Assembly (NCBI GenBank): GCA_046297835.1
Contig: JBKBHI010000002.1
Coordinates: 7,376-71,375, forward strand
Direction: 5' to 3'
DNA: 64,000 nucleotides
Source: Alphaproteobacteria bacterium
Lineage (GTDB): Bacteria > Pseudomonadota > Alphaproteobacteria > SMXQ01
Shown: one piece after another, positions 16,715 to 27,158 of the stretch
How the letters are laid out: the number at the start of each line of letters is the position of its first letter
Numbering within the stretch: position 1 is the stretch's first letter
Made by a program: the position numbers and the translations under genes
Notes under the pieces: generated by a model
What the model saw: the letters and a program-made list of their open reading frames with translations, nothing else
Databases searched by the model: none
Told to the model about the DNA's origin: nothing

Positions 16715-18484
16715 TTATTGCTGGCGGTTGAAGCGGCTCATCAACACGCGCCCGGCGATGGTCAGCACCGCCAGCGCCGCGATCAGCATCATGCCGAGCG
16801 CCGCCGTCTGGCCCGGATAGCCGTCGGCCCAACTGTGCCACATGATGACCGATAGCACCTGGCTGTCGCGCGTCGAGAGCATCAGCGGCACCGAGAAGTT
16901 GCGCAAACTGTGCGAGGCGACCCAAATCCAGCCGCTGATGAAGGACGGCAGCAGCAGCGGCAGGACGATGCGGCGGATGATGACGCCCCATTTCGCGCCC
17001 GACGTGCGGCCCGCCTCCTCCATCTCGGCATGCAGCTGCGCGAACGCGCCGATCATGGTGCGGCTGCCGAAAGCGATATAGCCGATGGTCAGGCCGAGGG
17101 CGATCAGCCAGGTGCTGCCGAACAGGCCGAGCGAGCTCAGCGGCGGCTGAATGAAGACGAACATCAGCGCGATGCCGACGATGACCCCCGGCAGGCTATG
17201 CGGCAGGAAGGTCACGACGTCGAGCGCCGTCTTGCCGCCGGCGTGGCGGCGGCTGATCAGCCAGGCGCATAGCAGAGACAGCGTCATGGTCAAGGTCGCG
17301 GCGACGACGCCGACGAACAGGGTGTTCCAGGTCGCGGCGGCGATGCCGCTTTCGGCGAACACCGCGCGGTAATGCATGAACGTCAGGTCCGGCAGCAGGT
17401 CCCACGACGGGTTCATGTAGATCGGCAGCAGCGAGCTCCAGCCGAGCACGAAGACCGGCGCGCCGATCACCAGAATGAAATAGACGACGAAGATCGCGAA
17501 GCAGAGGTAGCGCCAGCGCCCCAGGCGCGCGAGGCGCGGCCGATAGCCCTTGCCGGTGATGGTCGTATAGCGCCCGGCCTTGCCGACCAGGCTGCGATAC
17601 CAGAAGACCAAGAGGATGCTGACCAGCAGGAAGCTCGCGCCAAGCGCGGCGGACAGGCCGAACTGCGGCGGCGATTGCAGCTGCGTGGTGAAATAGATGT
17701 AGGACGGAAACACGTAGATTCTCGCCGGCAGGCCGATGACCAGCGGAATCTCCAGCGATTCGAGATGCGTCATGAAGCCGTACATGCTCGCCGCCAGGAT
17801 CGCCGGCAGCAGCAGCGGCAGAAAGACGCGGAACAAAGTGGTGCGGCCGTTCGCCCCGGCGGTGCGCGCCGCTTCCTCCAGGGCCGGGTCCATCGCGCGG
17901 AACGCGCCGACCATGATGAGAAAGGTGGTGGTGACGCCGCGCAGCCCCTCCAGCACCACCATGCCGGCGAGGCTATAGACGTTGAACGGCCCGCGCGTGC
18001 CGGTGTAGCCGAACAGCGACAGGAAATCGCGGATTAGCACGTTGAACAGCCCGATGTTGGGCGACAGCAGGAACGTCCAGGACATGGCGAACAGCAGTCC
18101 CGGGATCGCCATCGGCACCAGCATCAGGCCCCAGGCGACGTTGCGGAACGGCATGTCGGTGCGTTCCGTGAGATAGGCGAAGAACACCGCGATGACCGTG
18201 GACAGCGCCGTGCTCAAGGCCGCGAGCATCGCCGTATTGAAGAACATCGTGTAGGTGAGCGAGCTGGAATAGGCGATCGCGTAGTTGCGGAAGGTGAAGC
18301 TGCCGGGCTGCCAGGGCGTGCCCTGCCGGAAGCTGAACAGCACCAACGTCGCCAGGGGCACCAGCACCAGCAGCACCGTGAACAGCGCCCCGAGCGCCGG
18401 CACGGCATATTGCAGCGCGCCGCGCCAATCGTACGCGCCGCGCGCGCCGAACGGCCGCGCCGAAACCGAACCGAACAGGCTCAC
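16715..18484 (-). CDS. ABC transporter permease with two fused transmembrane domains (FbpB/PotBC-like)
   Basis: 589 aa with ~12 TM segments and two repeats of the ABC type-1 permease EAA-like loop (EEAARTAGA..., EEAGRTSGA...). Confidence 0.8.
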   Translation of the reverse strand: MSLFGSVSARPFGARGAYDWRGALQYAVPALGALFTVLLVLVPLATLVLFSFRQGTPWQPGSFTFRNYAIAYSSSLTYTMFFNTAMLAALSTALSTVIAVFFAYLTERTDMPFRNVAWGLMLVPMAIPGLLFAMSWTFLLSPNIGLFNVLIRDFLSLFGYTGTRGPFNVYSLAGMVVLEGLRGVTTTFLIMVGAFRAMDPALEEAARTAGANGRTTLFRVFLPLLLPAILAASMYGFMTHLESLEIPLVIGLPARIYVFPSYIYFTTQLQSPPQFGLSAALGASFLLVSILLVFWYRSLVGKAGRYTTITGKGYRPRLARLGRWRYLCFAIFVVYFILVIGAPVFVLGWSSLLPIYMNPSWDLLPDLTFMHYRAVFAESGIAAATWNTLFVGVVAATLTMTLSLLCAWLISRRHAGGKTALDVVTFLPHSLPGVIVGIALMFVFIQPPLSSLGLFGSTWLIALGLTIGYIAFGSRTMIGAFAQLHAEMEEAGRTSGAKWGVIIRRIVLPLLLPSFISGWIWVASHSLRNFSVPLMLSTRDSQVLSVIMWHSWADGYPGQTAALGMMLIAALAVLTIAGRVLMSRFNRQQ

Positions 18485-18603
18485 CGCCGCCTCCCGCCGC
18501 GCGCGCCATGACGAGGCATCGCGGCGCGAATGAGTTTCCCGCGCTTGCCTCGGCCGGCGAAAGGCGTTTCCATCGCCGTCGCGATCATGCAGGGAGACGC
18601 AAC

Positions 18604-19431
18604 GTGTCGGCCATTATCGAACGCCACCTCATCGACATTCTCGGCCTCAAGACGTTCTATCTGAAAGCCGGCCCGGCGGACGGGCGACCGCTGTTCCTGC
18701 TGCACGGCGGCTCGCCCGGCGCGTGCGCCAGCCTCAATTGGAAACACAATCTCGACGCGCTGGCGGCGGCCGGGTTCGCCGCTTACGCGTTCGACCAGCC
18801 GGGCTTCGGCGACACCCAAGCGCCCGCCGACCATTCCATGGAATTTCGCGTCGCCCACGCTCTCGCCTTCGTCGAAGCCATGGGCTTCGCCGGCTTCGAC
18901 ATCGCCGGCAATTCCATGGGCGCCTATATCGCCGCGCGCATCGCGCTCGAACATCCGCAAGCCGGCCGGCTCGTGCTGATCTCCTCCAGCACGCTCGCGC
19001 CCAAGGGCTCCGCCGCCGCGCAGGCCAAATCCGACGCCCATAACGCCGGCTTGCGCGGCTATGAACCGAGCCTCGAGAACATGCGCGCGCTGACGAAGAA
19101 CACCTTCCTGCGTCAGGAGATGGCGACCGAGGCGGTGATTCGCGAGCGCTACGAAATGAGCGCCGGCTGGCGGCACGAGGCGGCGCAAGCGCGCCTCAAG
19201 GCCGCGCCGGCCAAGAGCATGGTCCCCGACCTGCCGAAGCTGACGATGGAGACTCTGATCCTGTGGGGCGCCGACGACCATGGCGCGGCCGTCGAGCGCG
19301 CGCTGCTGCTGTTCCAAGCGCTGCCGAAAGCCGAACTGCATATTTTCAACGATTGCGCGCACTGGGTTCATTGGGATCAAGCGGAGCGGTTCAACAATCT
19401 CGTGACCGGCTTTCTCGCCCGCCCGTTATGA
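18604..19431 (+). CDS. alpha/beta-fold hydrolase (meta-cleavage-product hydrolase-like)
   Basis: HGGSPG oxyanion region, nucleophile elbow GNSMGA, and a C-terminal His (DCAHW). GTG start after a GGGAGA RBS. Confidence 0.75.
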   Translation: MSAIIERHLIDILGLKTFYLKAGPADGRPLFLLHGGSPGACASLNWKHNLDALAAAGFAAYAFDQPGFGDTQAPADHSMEFRVAHALAFVEAMGFAGFDIAGNSMGAYIAARIALEHPQAGRLVLISSSTLAPKGSAAAQAKSDAHNAGLRGYEPSLENMRALTKNTFLRQEMATEAVIRERYEMSAGWRHEAAQARLKAAPAKSMVPDLPKLTMETLILWGADDHGAAVERALLLFQALPKAELHIFNDCAHWVHWDQAERFNNLVTGFLARPL

Positions 19432-19471
19432 AAAAGGCGCCGCCTCTCCCGCCGAAACGGGAGAGGCGGCG
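19431..19471 (-). terminator. rho-independent terminator for the minus-strand SBP gene (14-bp GC stem plus T-tract on the minus strand)
   Basis: cgccgcctctcccg / ccgaaa / cgggagaggcggcg hairpin flanked by a 5-A run (T-run on the minus strand). Confidence 0.6.
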
Positions 19472-19473
19472 AC

Positions 19474-20568
19474 TCAGTTGCCGCCTTCAGGAGCGAGCGC
19501 AGGAATATTCAGCTTGGTCTGATATTCCTGATTGAAACCGTCCCACTTCGAGACGCAGTCGGGACCGCAGACCGCGGTGTGCTTGCCTTCCGCCGCCTTG
19601 TGGTTGCGGTTGAGCGGGTTGGACGGGAAGCCGCGATAGGCGCTCTTGTCGAGTACTTCCTGTCCGGCAGTGGCGAGCCAGACGGAGAACAGCTGCGTCG
19701 TCGCCGGCATCTTCGACCATTTGTTGACATACATGCGCGTGCCGATCTCGAGCGGAATGCTGTCGGCCACCGAGAATTGCAGGGTGCGTACGCCGGTATC
19801 GATCAGGCGCTGGGCCGAATGGTAGTTGATGCCGCAAGCGATCGGATATTCGCCGGACGCCACCTTCTGCAGGATCGGCCCCTGGCCGTCGATCACCACC
19901 ACGTCGTTCTTCATCAGGCCGTCGAGCCAGGCGAGGTGGCGCGGCCGCTCCTTCGGATCGTATTGCAGCGCGTGCAGCTTATTGCGCGCGTCCACCACCA
20001 CCTTGCCCTTCCACATCGGGTCGATGCAGGACGCCCAGGTCAGCGGCTCTTTGCCCTTCGGCACCAGCTTGGTGTTCCAGACGTTGCCGCGCACCAGCGC
20101 GACGGTGGCGAGGAAATTTCCGTCGGGGTCATAAGATTCTTCGGCGATGCGCGGCCAACTCGCGGGCAGCGACTTGCTGAGCTCGCGATAGTCGAACGGC
20201 GGCTTCACCAGCGCGCCGGCTTCCCAATATTGCTGCTGGAACTCGCCGGCGATATGCATGATGTCGTAGGGCGGGTTTTCGCCCTGCTTGATCGACAGCA
20301 GGAAGCGGCCGAACGGGCCGATGCCGGTCTCGCGCTTGTAGGTGATCGTCTTCACGAAGGGAAACTCCTTCATGAAAGCGGGAAACACCTGCTTCGTGTC
20401 CGGCTCGGGCCAATCGAGCGACATGGCGATCTTGCCGCCCGACTTCTCCATTTCCGCTTTGGACATCTCGACCAGCTTGTCGAACGGATCGGCGGCGAAC
20501 GCGGGACTGGCGACGGCGGCGCAAAGAGCGACGGCGGCGGCTCGGAGAATCGCGGAGCTGTCAAGCAT
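19474..20568 (-). CDS. ABC transporter periplasmic solute-binding protein (family 1, PotD/FbpA-like)
   Basis: Signal peptide MLDSSAILRAAAVALCAAVASPAFA, ~340-aa mature SBP fold. Partner of the fused permease. Confidence 0.75.
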   Translation of the reverse strand: MLDSSAILRAAAVALCAAVASPAFAADPFDKLVEMSKAEMEKSGGKIAMSLDWPEPDTKQVFPAFMKEFPFVKTITYKRETGIGPFGRFLLSIKQGENPPYDIMHIAGEFQQQYWEAGALVKPPFDYRELSKSLPASWPRIAEESYDPDGNFLATVALVRGNVWNTKLVPKGKEPLTWASCIDPMWKGKVVVDARNKLHALQYDPKERPRHLAWLDGLMKNDVVVIDGQGPILQKVASGEYPIACGINYHSAQRLIDTGVRTLQFSVADSIPLEIGTRMYVNKWSKMPATTQLFSVWLATAGQEVLDKSAYRGFPSNPLNRNHKAAEGKHTAVCGPDCVSKWDGFNQEYQTKLNIPALAPEGGN

Positions 20569-20619
20569 GGGAGGTCTCCAGGGTTTGCGGGGACGCACGC
20601 TCAAGTCACGGATGGGCGA

Positions 20620-20937
20620 TCAGGTGGAACGTCCTTCGGCGTAGCGCAGGACCGTGCCGCCCTTGGGCGCGAGAGTCGGACCGTATTCGGTGCCCTTCTC
20701 GATGAAGATGCAGGCGCCGGCGGTATAGACGTTGCCGCCGATCTCGACCTCGCCGTCGAGCACGTAGAACATCTCGTTGAAAGGATGCGAATGGACCGGA
20801 ATATTCGTGTCCGGCCCCCAATGGCGGATCATCACCGACGTCGCGCCGTGCGCGGTAGCCTTGATGAGATACTTGCTGAAGCCGCGGCCCGATTTCTCGA
20901 GCGGCACTTCGTCGGCATGGGCGGCGTAAAAGGCCAT
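20620..20937 (-). CDS. cupin-domain protein
   Basis: 105 aa with cupin metal motifs (HSHPFNEMFYVLDGEVEI ... GTEYGP). Confidence 0.7.
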   Translation of the reverse strand: MAFYAAHADEVPLEKSGRGFSKYLIKATAHGATSVMIRHWGPDTNIPVHSHPFNEMFYVLDGEVEIGGNVYTAGACIFIEKGTEYGPTLAPKGGTVLRYAEGRST

Positions 20938-20965
20938 CGTTCCCTCCCTGGCGATGGACGGCGCC

Positions 20966-22192
20966 TCAGGCGTTCGCCATCGATTCGTATTTGCGCGACT
21001 TGCGTTCCTCGGCGGTGACCCAACGCTCGTAAGCGGTGACGCGGATCAGCTCGTTCTGCTTGGGATCGCGGATGATGCCCTTGGGGTCGTGACCCTCCTG
21101 CGCGCGCTTGATCTCCTTCAGCAGCATCTTGCGCAGCATGATGATGCCCTCGTCGATCACCGGGGAGAGGTTCTCGTTCTCGCGGTCGGCGATCGGCCCG
21201 ATGCTGTCGACCACCATGCCGTCCTCGATGAAGTGCAGCGGCGGCACCTCGTAGCCCAGCTCGGGATTCTCGGCGTTGCGGTATTCCTTGAACGGCTCGA
21301 TGAACGCGCCCTTCGGCCGCCAGCGCTCGGTGAAGGGATCGCCCTCGAACACGCCGGAATTGTCGCCGGGCTTGAAGCGCAGGCGGAACATGATGCTGTG
21401 CGTCTCGTCGATCGGCACGGTCCAGCGCGCCGCCGAGACCGGCGTGCCGACGACCTTGCCTTTGAGATAACGCCCGCCGCTGCCGCCGAAGCTGACGCCC
21501 GGCATGAGCAGGTGATGTTCGCGATAGTTGAACATCCCCTTCTCTTTGGTGGTGCGGTAAGCCTTATAGACGAGGCCGAGATCGGTCTCGTGGAAGCCGA
21601 GATCGGGCTCGCTATTGGCGATGTCGGGCCAAGCGCCGCCGTGCGTGAAGCTCGGATGCACCGGATCCATGCCGTTCTCGACGGCCTGCAGCCAATGGCA
21701 GTCCTGGAAGCCTTGGATGGTGAGATAGCGCTCGCCTTCGCCGACGAGAATGTCGTAGCGCGGCAGCAGCGGCGCCGGCTGCGGGCCGAAATAGGCGAAG
21801 ATCAATCCGCCCAATTCCTCGACCGGATAGGCCGGATGCTTGATCGTGGTCTTGAAGGTGCTTTCGGCCGGCTCGCCAGGCGTCTCCAGCACCGCGCCCT
21901 TCTCATCGATCATCCAGCCGTGATATTTGCAACGCACGCCCGGCGGCTCGACCGAGCCGAGACAGAGATTGGCCCGGCGATGCGGGCACAGCGCCCCGAC
22001 CAGCGCCGCCTGGCCGTCCGGCTTGCGGAACAGCACTAGGTCTTCACCGAGCACGCGGATGAACGTCGGCTTGGTCTTCAGGTGCTTGGAGAAGCCGACC
22101 GGCTGCCAATAGCGCCGCAGGAAATCGCCCATCGGCGTGCCGGCGCGAATGCCGTTGAGAATTTCGCTCTCTTCCTTGGTCGTCCGATACAT
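20966..22192 (-). CDS. Rieske non-haem iron oxygenase alpha subunit (VanA/GbcA/CntA-like)
   Basis: Rieske ligands CPHRRANLCLG...CKYHGW, with a mononuclear-iron catalytic domain downstream. 408 aa. Confidence 0.85.
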   Translation of the reverse strand: MYRTTKEESEILNGIRAGTPMGDFLRRYWQPVGFSKHLKTKPTFIRVLGEDLVLFRKPDGQAALVGALCPHRRANLCLGSVEPPGVRCKYHGWMIDEKGAVLETPGEPAESTFKTTIKHPAYPVEELGGLIFAYFGPQPAPLLPRYDILVGEGERYLTIQGFQDCHWLQAVENGMDPVHPSFTHGGAWPDIANSEPDLGFHETDLGLVYKAYRTTKEKGMFNYREHHLLMPGVSFGGSGGRYLKGKVVGTPVSAARWTVPIDETHSIMFRLRFKPGDNSGVFEGDPFTERWRPKGAFIEPFKEYRNAENPELGYEVPPLHFIEDGMVVDSIGPIADRENENLSPVIDEGIIMLRKMLLKEIKRAQEGHDPKGIIRDPKQNELIRVTAYERWVTAEERKSRKYESMANA

Positions 22193-22654
22193 CAGCGGAT
22201 TCTCCCTGCGAAACGATGGTGCGTTCGGCTGATAGTGCGACCGGCCCGATAGAATCGGGACAAGCCGTTGAATTTACTTGGAAACGAGATTCCCCCTCGG
22301 CCGCCTGCGCGGCATTCCTGTTACAAACTCTAGCCCCGCGAAAAAATCGGACCAAAGCCCAATTCCTCATTGAAGGCCGGAGCGAAACTCATGAGTGGAC
22401 GCGGCGCGACGCCGTCCGGCTGCGATGCAAGAAGCCGGCCGCGCGGGACGCGCGTGATCGCGGCAGTGCGCTCAGAAAAACGCGCAAGCCTCATGAGTTT
22501 TACTCGGCGGCCGAATCCGCATTGGCATTTGCGGGCGCGCCGAAGCGGACGGTAGAAATTGCATATCGCAATTCGCTCGGGGCCCCCCATGACATCGCTG
22601 GCGTTGCATCAGAACGGCTCGACCGCCATGCCGGCCGTCGCCGCCGGCCGCAAG

Positions 22655-23455
22655 ATGAAAATCGCCATCGCCGGTTTGGGCGCGATCGGAAAGATGCTGG
22701 CGCGCAAACTCGGCGAGGAGGCGTTGCCCGGCATGGAACTCGCCGGGGTCGCGGCGCGCGATCACGACAAGGCGCGCCGCACCTTAGCGGAAGCGGGAAC
22801 CGACGCGCCCGTGCTGAGCCTGGAGGATTTGGCGGAGGCCGCCGATCTGGTCGTCGAATGCGCGCCCGCCGCGATTTTCGCCGAGATCGCCCGCCCGACG
22901 CTGGCCGCCGGCAAGAAGATGATGGCGCTGAGCGTCGGCGCGCTTCTGAGCCATTTCGATCTGGTCGAGGTCGCGCGCCGGCACGGCGGCCAGATCATAG
23001 TGCCGACCGGCGCGCTGCTCGGACTCGACGCGGTTTCGGCCGCCGCCGAAGGGACGATCCACTCGGTCAGCATGGTGACGCGCAAGCCGGTGAAGGGCCT
23101 GCTCGGCGCGCCCTATCTCGTCGAACACGGCATCGCCATCGAAGACATCAAGGAGCCGCTGAAGATTTTCGAGGGCACGGCGCGCGAGGCCGCCATCGGT
23201 TTTCCCGCCAATCTCAACGTCGCCGTCGCTTTGTCGCTCGCCGGCATCGGCCCGGACAAGACGCGCCTGCAGATCTGGGCCGACCCGACGGTGACGCGCA
23301 ACACCCACCGCATCCTCGTCGATTCCGACTCCGCCAGCCTCGACATGACGATCGCCAACATCCCGTCGGAAAATCCCAAGACGGGCCGCATCACCGCGCT
23401 CAGCGTCATCGCCGCGCTGCGCAAGATGCAAGCGCCGCTCCGGGTCGGGACATAA
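22655..23455 (+). CDS. aspartate dehydrogenase (NadX)-family protein
   Basis: MKIAIAGLGAIG Rossmann start, DUF108-like C-terminal region. The track ORF has a longer N-terminal extension. Confidence 0.6.
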   Translation: MKIAIAGLGAIGKMLARKLGEEALPGMELAGVAARDHDKARRTLAEAGTDAPVLSLEDLAEAADLVVECAPAAIFAEIARPTLAAGKKMMALSVGALLSHFDLVEVARRHGGQIIVPTGALLGLDAVSAAAEGTIHSVSMVTRKPVKGLLGAPYLVEHGIAIEDIKEPLKIFEGTAREAAIGFPANLNVAVALSLAGIGPDKTRLQIWADPTVTRNTHRILVDSDSASLDMTIANIPSENPKTGRITALSVIAALRKMQAPLRVGT

Positions 23456-23534
23456 GCGCGGCGGAACCCGCCCCTTTCGGCTGGACAGGCATCCGTCCGG
23501 CTTTCTAGGCTGGCCTCCCCCACAGGAGACGGCC

Positions 23535-25319
23535 ATGCGCGCAGTTCTTTCCATCGTCCTCGCCAGCGCCTTCGGCTTGTTCGCCGTGCCGGCGCTGGCG
23601 CAATCGTCCGACCTGACGCGGCCCGCGCCGGAGAACGCCTCGGGCTTCGCGCCGCGCGGCCTGACGACGGCGCGCACGCACATGGTGGTCGCCGCCCATC
23701 CGCTCGCGGCGGCGGCGGGCGACGAAATTCTCGCCGAGGGCGGCAGCGCCATCGACGCGATGATCGCGACGCAGCTGGTGCTCAACCTCGTCGAGCCGCA
23801 ATCCTCCGGCATCGGCGGCGGCGGCTTTCTTCTCCATTATGACGCCGCCGCCAAAGCCCTGACGAGCTTCGACGCGCGCGAGACCGCGCCGGGCGCCGCC
23901 ACGCCCGATCTGTTCCGCGGCCCGGACGGCAAGCCGCTGGCGTTTCTCGACGCGGTCATCGGCGGCCGTTCGGTCGGCGCGCCGGGCATCGTCCGCCTGC
24001 TCGAAACCACGCATCAACGCTACGGCAAGCTGCCTTGGCCGCGCCTGTTCGCCCGCGCCATCCAGCTCGCCGAAGACGGCTTCATCGTCTCGCCGCGCCT
24101 CGCTGGCGCCATCGCCGACGACCGCCAGCGCCTGACGCGCCACGCCGCGACGCGCGGCTATTTCCTCAAAGCCGACGGCGCGCCGCTGCAGGCCGGCGAG
24201 CGACTGCGCAATCCGGCCTTCGCCGAGACGCTGCGACTGATCGCCGAGGGCGGCGCGGCGGCCTTTTACGAAGGCGACATCGCCAAGGACATCGTCGCCG
24301 CCGTGCAGGGCGCGAGCGGCAATCCGGGGCTGCTGACGCTGGCGGATCTGGCCGCATATCAGGTGATCGAGCGCGCGCCGACCTGCGCCATCTACCGCCG
24401 CTTCGAGGTCTGCGGCATGGGGCCGCCGTCGAGCGGCGCGCTGACCGTCGGCCAGATTCTCGGCCTCTTGGAGCCGTTCGAGCTTTCGGCCCTGCCGCCG
24501 GCGGGCACGCAGGCGGCGCATCTGTTCGCCGAAGCCTCGAAGCTCGCCTATGCCGACCGCGCGCGCTATATCGCCGATCCGGGCTTCGCCCAGCAGCCGC
24601 TCGGCAGCCTGCTCGATCCGGGCTATCTCTCGGCTCGCACCAGCCTGATCGACGGCGCGCGCGCCATGCCCAAAGGCGAAGCGGGCACGCCGCCCTGGCG
24701 CGACGGTCGGCGCGACGGGGGCGCCTACGCGCCGGACCGCAGCGTCGAGGTGCCGGCGACCAGCCATCTTTCCATCGTCGATAGCGACGGCAACATCGTC
24801 GCGCTCACCACGTCGATCGAGGCCGGCTTCGGCTCGCGCCTGATGACGCGCGGCTTCCTGCTCAACAACCAGCTCACCGATTTCTCCTTCGTCGCGCTCG
24901 AGGATGGCGCATGGGTGGCCAACCGCGTCGAGCCGGGCAAGCGGCCGCGTTCCTCCATGTCGCCCACCATCGTCCTCGGCCCCGCCGACGCGGAGGGCCG
25001 GCGCGAACCGGTCTACGCCCTCGGCAGCGCTGGCGGCGCGCGCATCATCGCCCATGTCGCCTGGAGCCTGATCGGTTTGATCGATTGGAATTTGGATTTG
25101 CAATCCGCTCTCGCTCTGCCGCATGTCGCCAACCTGAACGGGCCGACCGAATTGGAGGCGGACACGCCGATCACGGCGCTCGCCCCCGCCCTGACCGCGC
25201 TCGGCCAGAGCGTGCAGATTCGCGACATCAACAGCGGCCTCCATGCGCTCCGGCTTTCCGCCGGGCGGATCGAAGGCGCCGCCGATCCCCGCCGCGAGGG
25301 CGTCGCGCGCGGCCGCTGA
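23535..25319 (+). CDS. ggt: gamma-glutamyltransferase
   Basis: Signal peptide, GGT family motifs, and the catalytic Thr autoprocessing site TSHLSIVDSDGN. 594 aa. Confidence 0.9.
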   Translation: MRAVLSIVLASAFGLFAVPALAQSSDLTRPAPENASGFAPRGLTTARTHMVVAAHPLAAAAGDEILAEGGSAIDAMIATQLVLNLVEPQSSGIGGGGFLLHYDAAAKALTSFDARETAPGAATPDLFRGPDGKPLAFLDAVIGGRSVGAPGIVRLLETTHQRYGKLPWPRLFARAIQLAEDGFIVSPRLAGAIADDRQRLTRHAATRGYFLKADGAPLQAGERLRNPAFAETLRLIAEGGAAAFYEGDIAKDIVAAVQGASGNPGLLTLADLAAYQVIERAPTCAIYRRFEVCGMGPPSSGALTVGQILGLLEPFELSALPPAGTQAAHLFAEASKLAYADRARYIADPGFAQQPLGSLLDPGYLSARTSLIDGARAMPKGEAGTPPWRDGRRDGGAYAPDRSVEVPATSHLSIVDSDGNIVALTTSIEAGFGSRLMTRGFLLNNQLTDFSFVALEDGAWVANRVEPGKRPRSSMSPTIVLGPADAEGRREPVYALGSAGGARIIAHVAWSLIGLIDWNLDLQSALALPHVANLNGPTELEADTPITALAPALTALGQSVQIRDINSGLHALRLSAGRIEGAADPRREGVARGR

Positions 25320-25552
25320 GCTTCCCGCCGCACCGCCGTTAGGCAGAGCGTTCCGCTTGGCGCACAAGATTCGGGCGGCGCGCCGACTGACGCCGTCCGG
25401 GGGACAATATATGTTAGATAACAAACCTATTTCGCGCCGGTCCCCTCTTCGCAAAGACGGGATTTCGGCTTAATCTCGGGCCAAGCCAGATCGGCGGGGC
25501 TTAAGCCCATCGCCCGTGATTGTTGCCGCCATCATCCATGCAGGAGGAAATC

Positions 25553-26020
25553 ATGAACGTCGTGGACGTCCGCAAGCTCTCTCCCGAAGACCGCGAAGGC
25601 TTCCATCAGGAAGCCGAGACCCGCATGAAGCCGATCGCTTACGACATGCCGGTCAATCCCAAGCGCAAGGAAATCATCACCATCGCCAAGAGCGATCTGA
25701 TGAAGGTCAACATGCAGGTCCTCTCCGACGGCGGCGAGAACAACCTGCATTACCACACCGGCTCGGACACGACCTGGTACGTGGTGAAGGGCCGCGTGAA
25801 GTTCTACGGCGTCGGCGACGAGATCATCGGCGAGTTCGGCGAGAACCAGGGCATCTTCATTCCCGGCGGCGCGCGCTATTGGTTCGAGAAGAGCGGCGAA
25901 GGCGACCTGCAGATGCTGCAGATGGTCGCATACGACCGCACCTATCCCAACAAGGCCGAGCGCATCAACATCGAAGCCCACAAGGAATGGATGACCGACG
26001 ACAATCTGAAGGTCTACTAA
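25553..26020 (+). CDS. cupin-domain protein (paralog of 46509-47003)
   Basis: GGENNLHYHTGSDTTWYVVKGRVKFYG...ARYWFEKSG. ATG after an AGGAGG RBS. Confidence 0.7.
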   Translation: MNVVDVRKLSPEDREGFHQEAETRMKPIAYDMPVNPKRKEIITIAKSDLMKVNMQVLSDGGENNLHYHTGSDTTWYVVKGRVKFYGVGDEIIGEFGENQGIFIPGGARYWFEKSGEGDLQMLQMVAYDRTYPNKAERINIEAHKEWMTDDNLKVY

Positions 26021-26067
26021 GACCCCGGATCGTCGCGAATATCCCGCGTTCGAGATTCGCCAAAAAC

Positions 26068-26101
26068 AAACGCCCGCCGTTCGAAAACGGCGGGCGTTTT
26101 T
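26068..26101. terminator. bidirectional rho-independent terminator
   Basis: cgcccgccg / ttcgaaaa / cggcgggcg, with an A-run on the 5' side and a T-run on the 3' side. It sits between the convergent cupin and TctC genes. Confidence 0.7.
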
Positions 26102-26117
26102 CCTGAGCGGCGCGCGG

Positions 26118-27158
26118 TCAGCGGAATTTCATCGCCGCGGTCGCTTTCTCGACGATATTCGGCGGCGTGCTCAACACCTCGCGGATGATCTGTCCCATGC
26201 GTTCGCCGGTCATCAACGAAACCTCCAGCCGCTGATCTTCGAGCGCTTTGATGAAGCGCTTATCCTTGGCCGTGTCCTCGAACGCCTTGCGAAGCGCGGC
26301 GAGCCGATCCGCCGGCACGCCCGGCCCGACGACGAAGGGGCGGGCCATGTCTTGCGGCGCGAAGATCAGCTTGAAGATGTCGCGCTGTTCTTGAGTCTTG
26401 GCGAGGTCCATGACCATCGGCACGTCCTTGAAGCGCGGATCGTCGATCGGCTCCAGGCCAAGCTGGACGAGATAATTGACCAGCTTGCCGTCGACCCAAT
26501 GCGGCGTCTGCGCCTGGATCGACGACCATGACAGGCAGCGACCGTGGACTTCGCCGCGCTCCATCGCCACCGGAATGTCGGCGCCGACATAGCCGGCGAT
26601 GATCTTGAACTTGGTGCCGAGCACGTTGTTGAGGACCGCCGGCAGGATTTGCGAGCTGTTGGCTCCGGCCGCGCCCGCCGTGCCGAGGATCAGCTCCTTC
26701 TCGTAGAGATCCTTCATCGTCTTGACCGGCGAAGTGTGCCACGAAATGCAGATGTTGCTGTCGCTGCTCATGCTGCCGAGCCATTGCAGCTTGAGCGGGT
26801 CGTATTGCGTCCCGGGCGTGCCATAGAGCGGCAGGAACGGATTTTGCGCCTGCACCGCGCCGATGGCGGTGCCGTCCTGCGGCCCGACGCCATAGATGTA
26901 GTTCATGACGAGGACGCCGCCCGCGCCCTGCATGTTCTGCGGCACGAACGTCGGGTTGCCTGGCAGATGCTCCGCCATGAAGCGGCTGAGCGCGCGGCCG
27001 TAGATGTCGTAACCGCCGCCCGAGCCGCCGGCGATGATCATGCGGACATTCTTGCCCTTGTAGAAATCCGCGGCCGACTGGGCCCCGGCCGGAGCGGCGA
27101 CGGCCCCCATGAAGGCGCAAAAGCCCGCAGACAGACTGATCCTGACGATGTTCTTCAC
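26118..27158 (-). CDS. tripartite tricarboxylate transporter substrate-binding protein (TctC/Bug family)
   Basis: Signal peptide and Bug-family signature regions (KNVRMIIAGGSGGGYDIYGR..., PNVPTM-like motifs). 346 aa. Confidence 0.8.
   Translation of the reverse strand: MKNIVRISLSAGFCAFMGAVAAPAGAQSAADFYKGKNVRMIIAGGSGGGYDIYGRALSRFMAEHLPGNPTFVPQNMQGAGGVLVMNYIYGVGPQDGTAIGAVQAQNPFLPLYGTPGTQYDPLKLQWLGSMSSDSNICISWHTSPVKTMKDLYEKELILGTAGAAGANSSQILPAVLNNVLGTKFKIIAGYVGADIPVAMERGEVHGRCLSWSSIQAQTPHWVDGKLVNYLVQLGLEPIDDPRFKDVPMVMDLAKTQEQRDIFKLIFAPQDMARPFVVGPGVPADRLAALRKAFEDTAKDKRFIKALEDQRLEVSLMTGERMGQIIREVLSTPPNIVEKATAAMKFR

Noticed and set aside
22216-23508. 430-aa Arg-rich ORF
   Set aside because: It overlaps the aspartate-dehydrogenase-like gene in another frame. 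The composition is extremely Arg/Gly biased and no domain is present.
23505-25454. 649-aa minus-strand ORF
   Set aside because: It is antisense to ggt, which has the diagnostic Thr autoprocessing motif.
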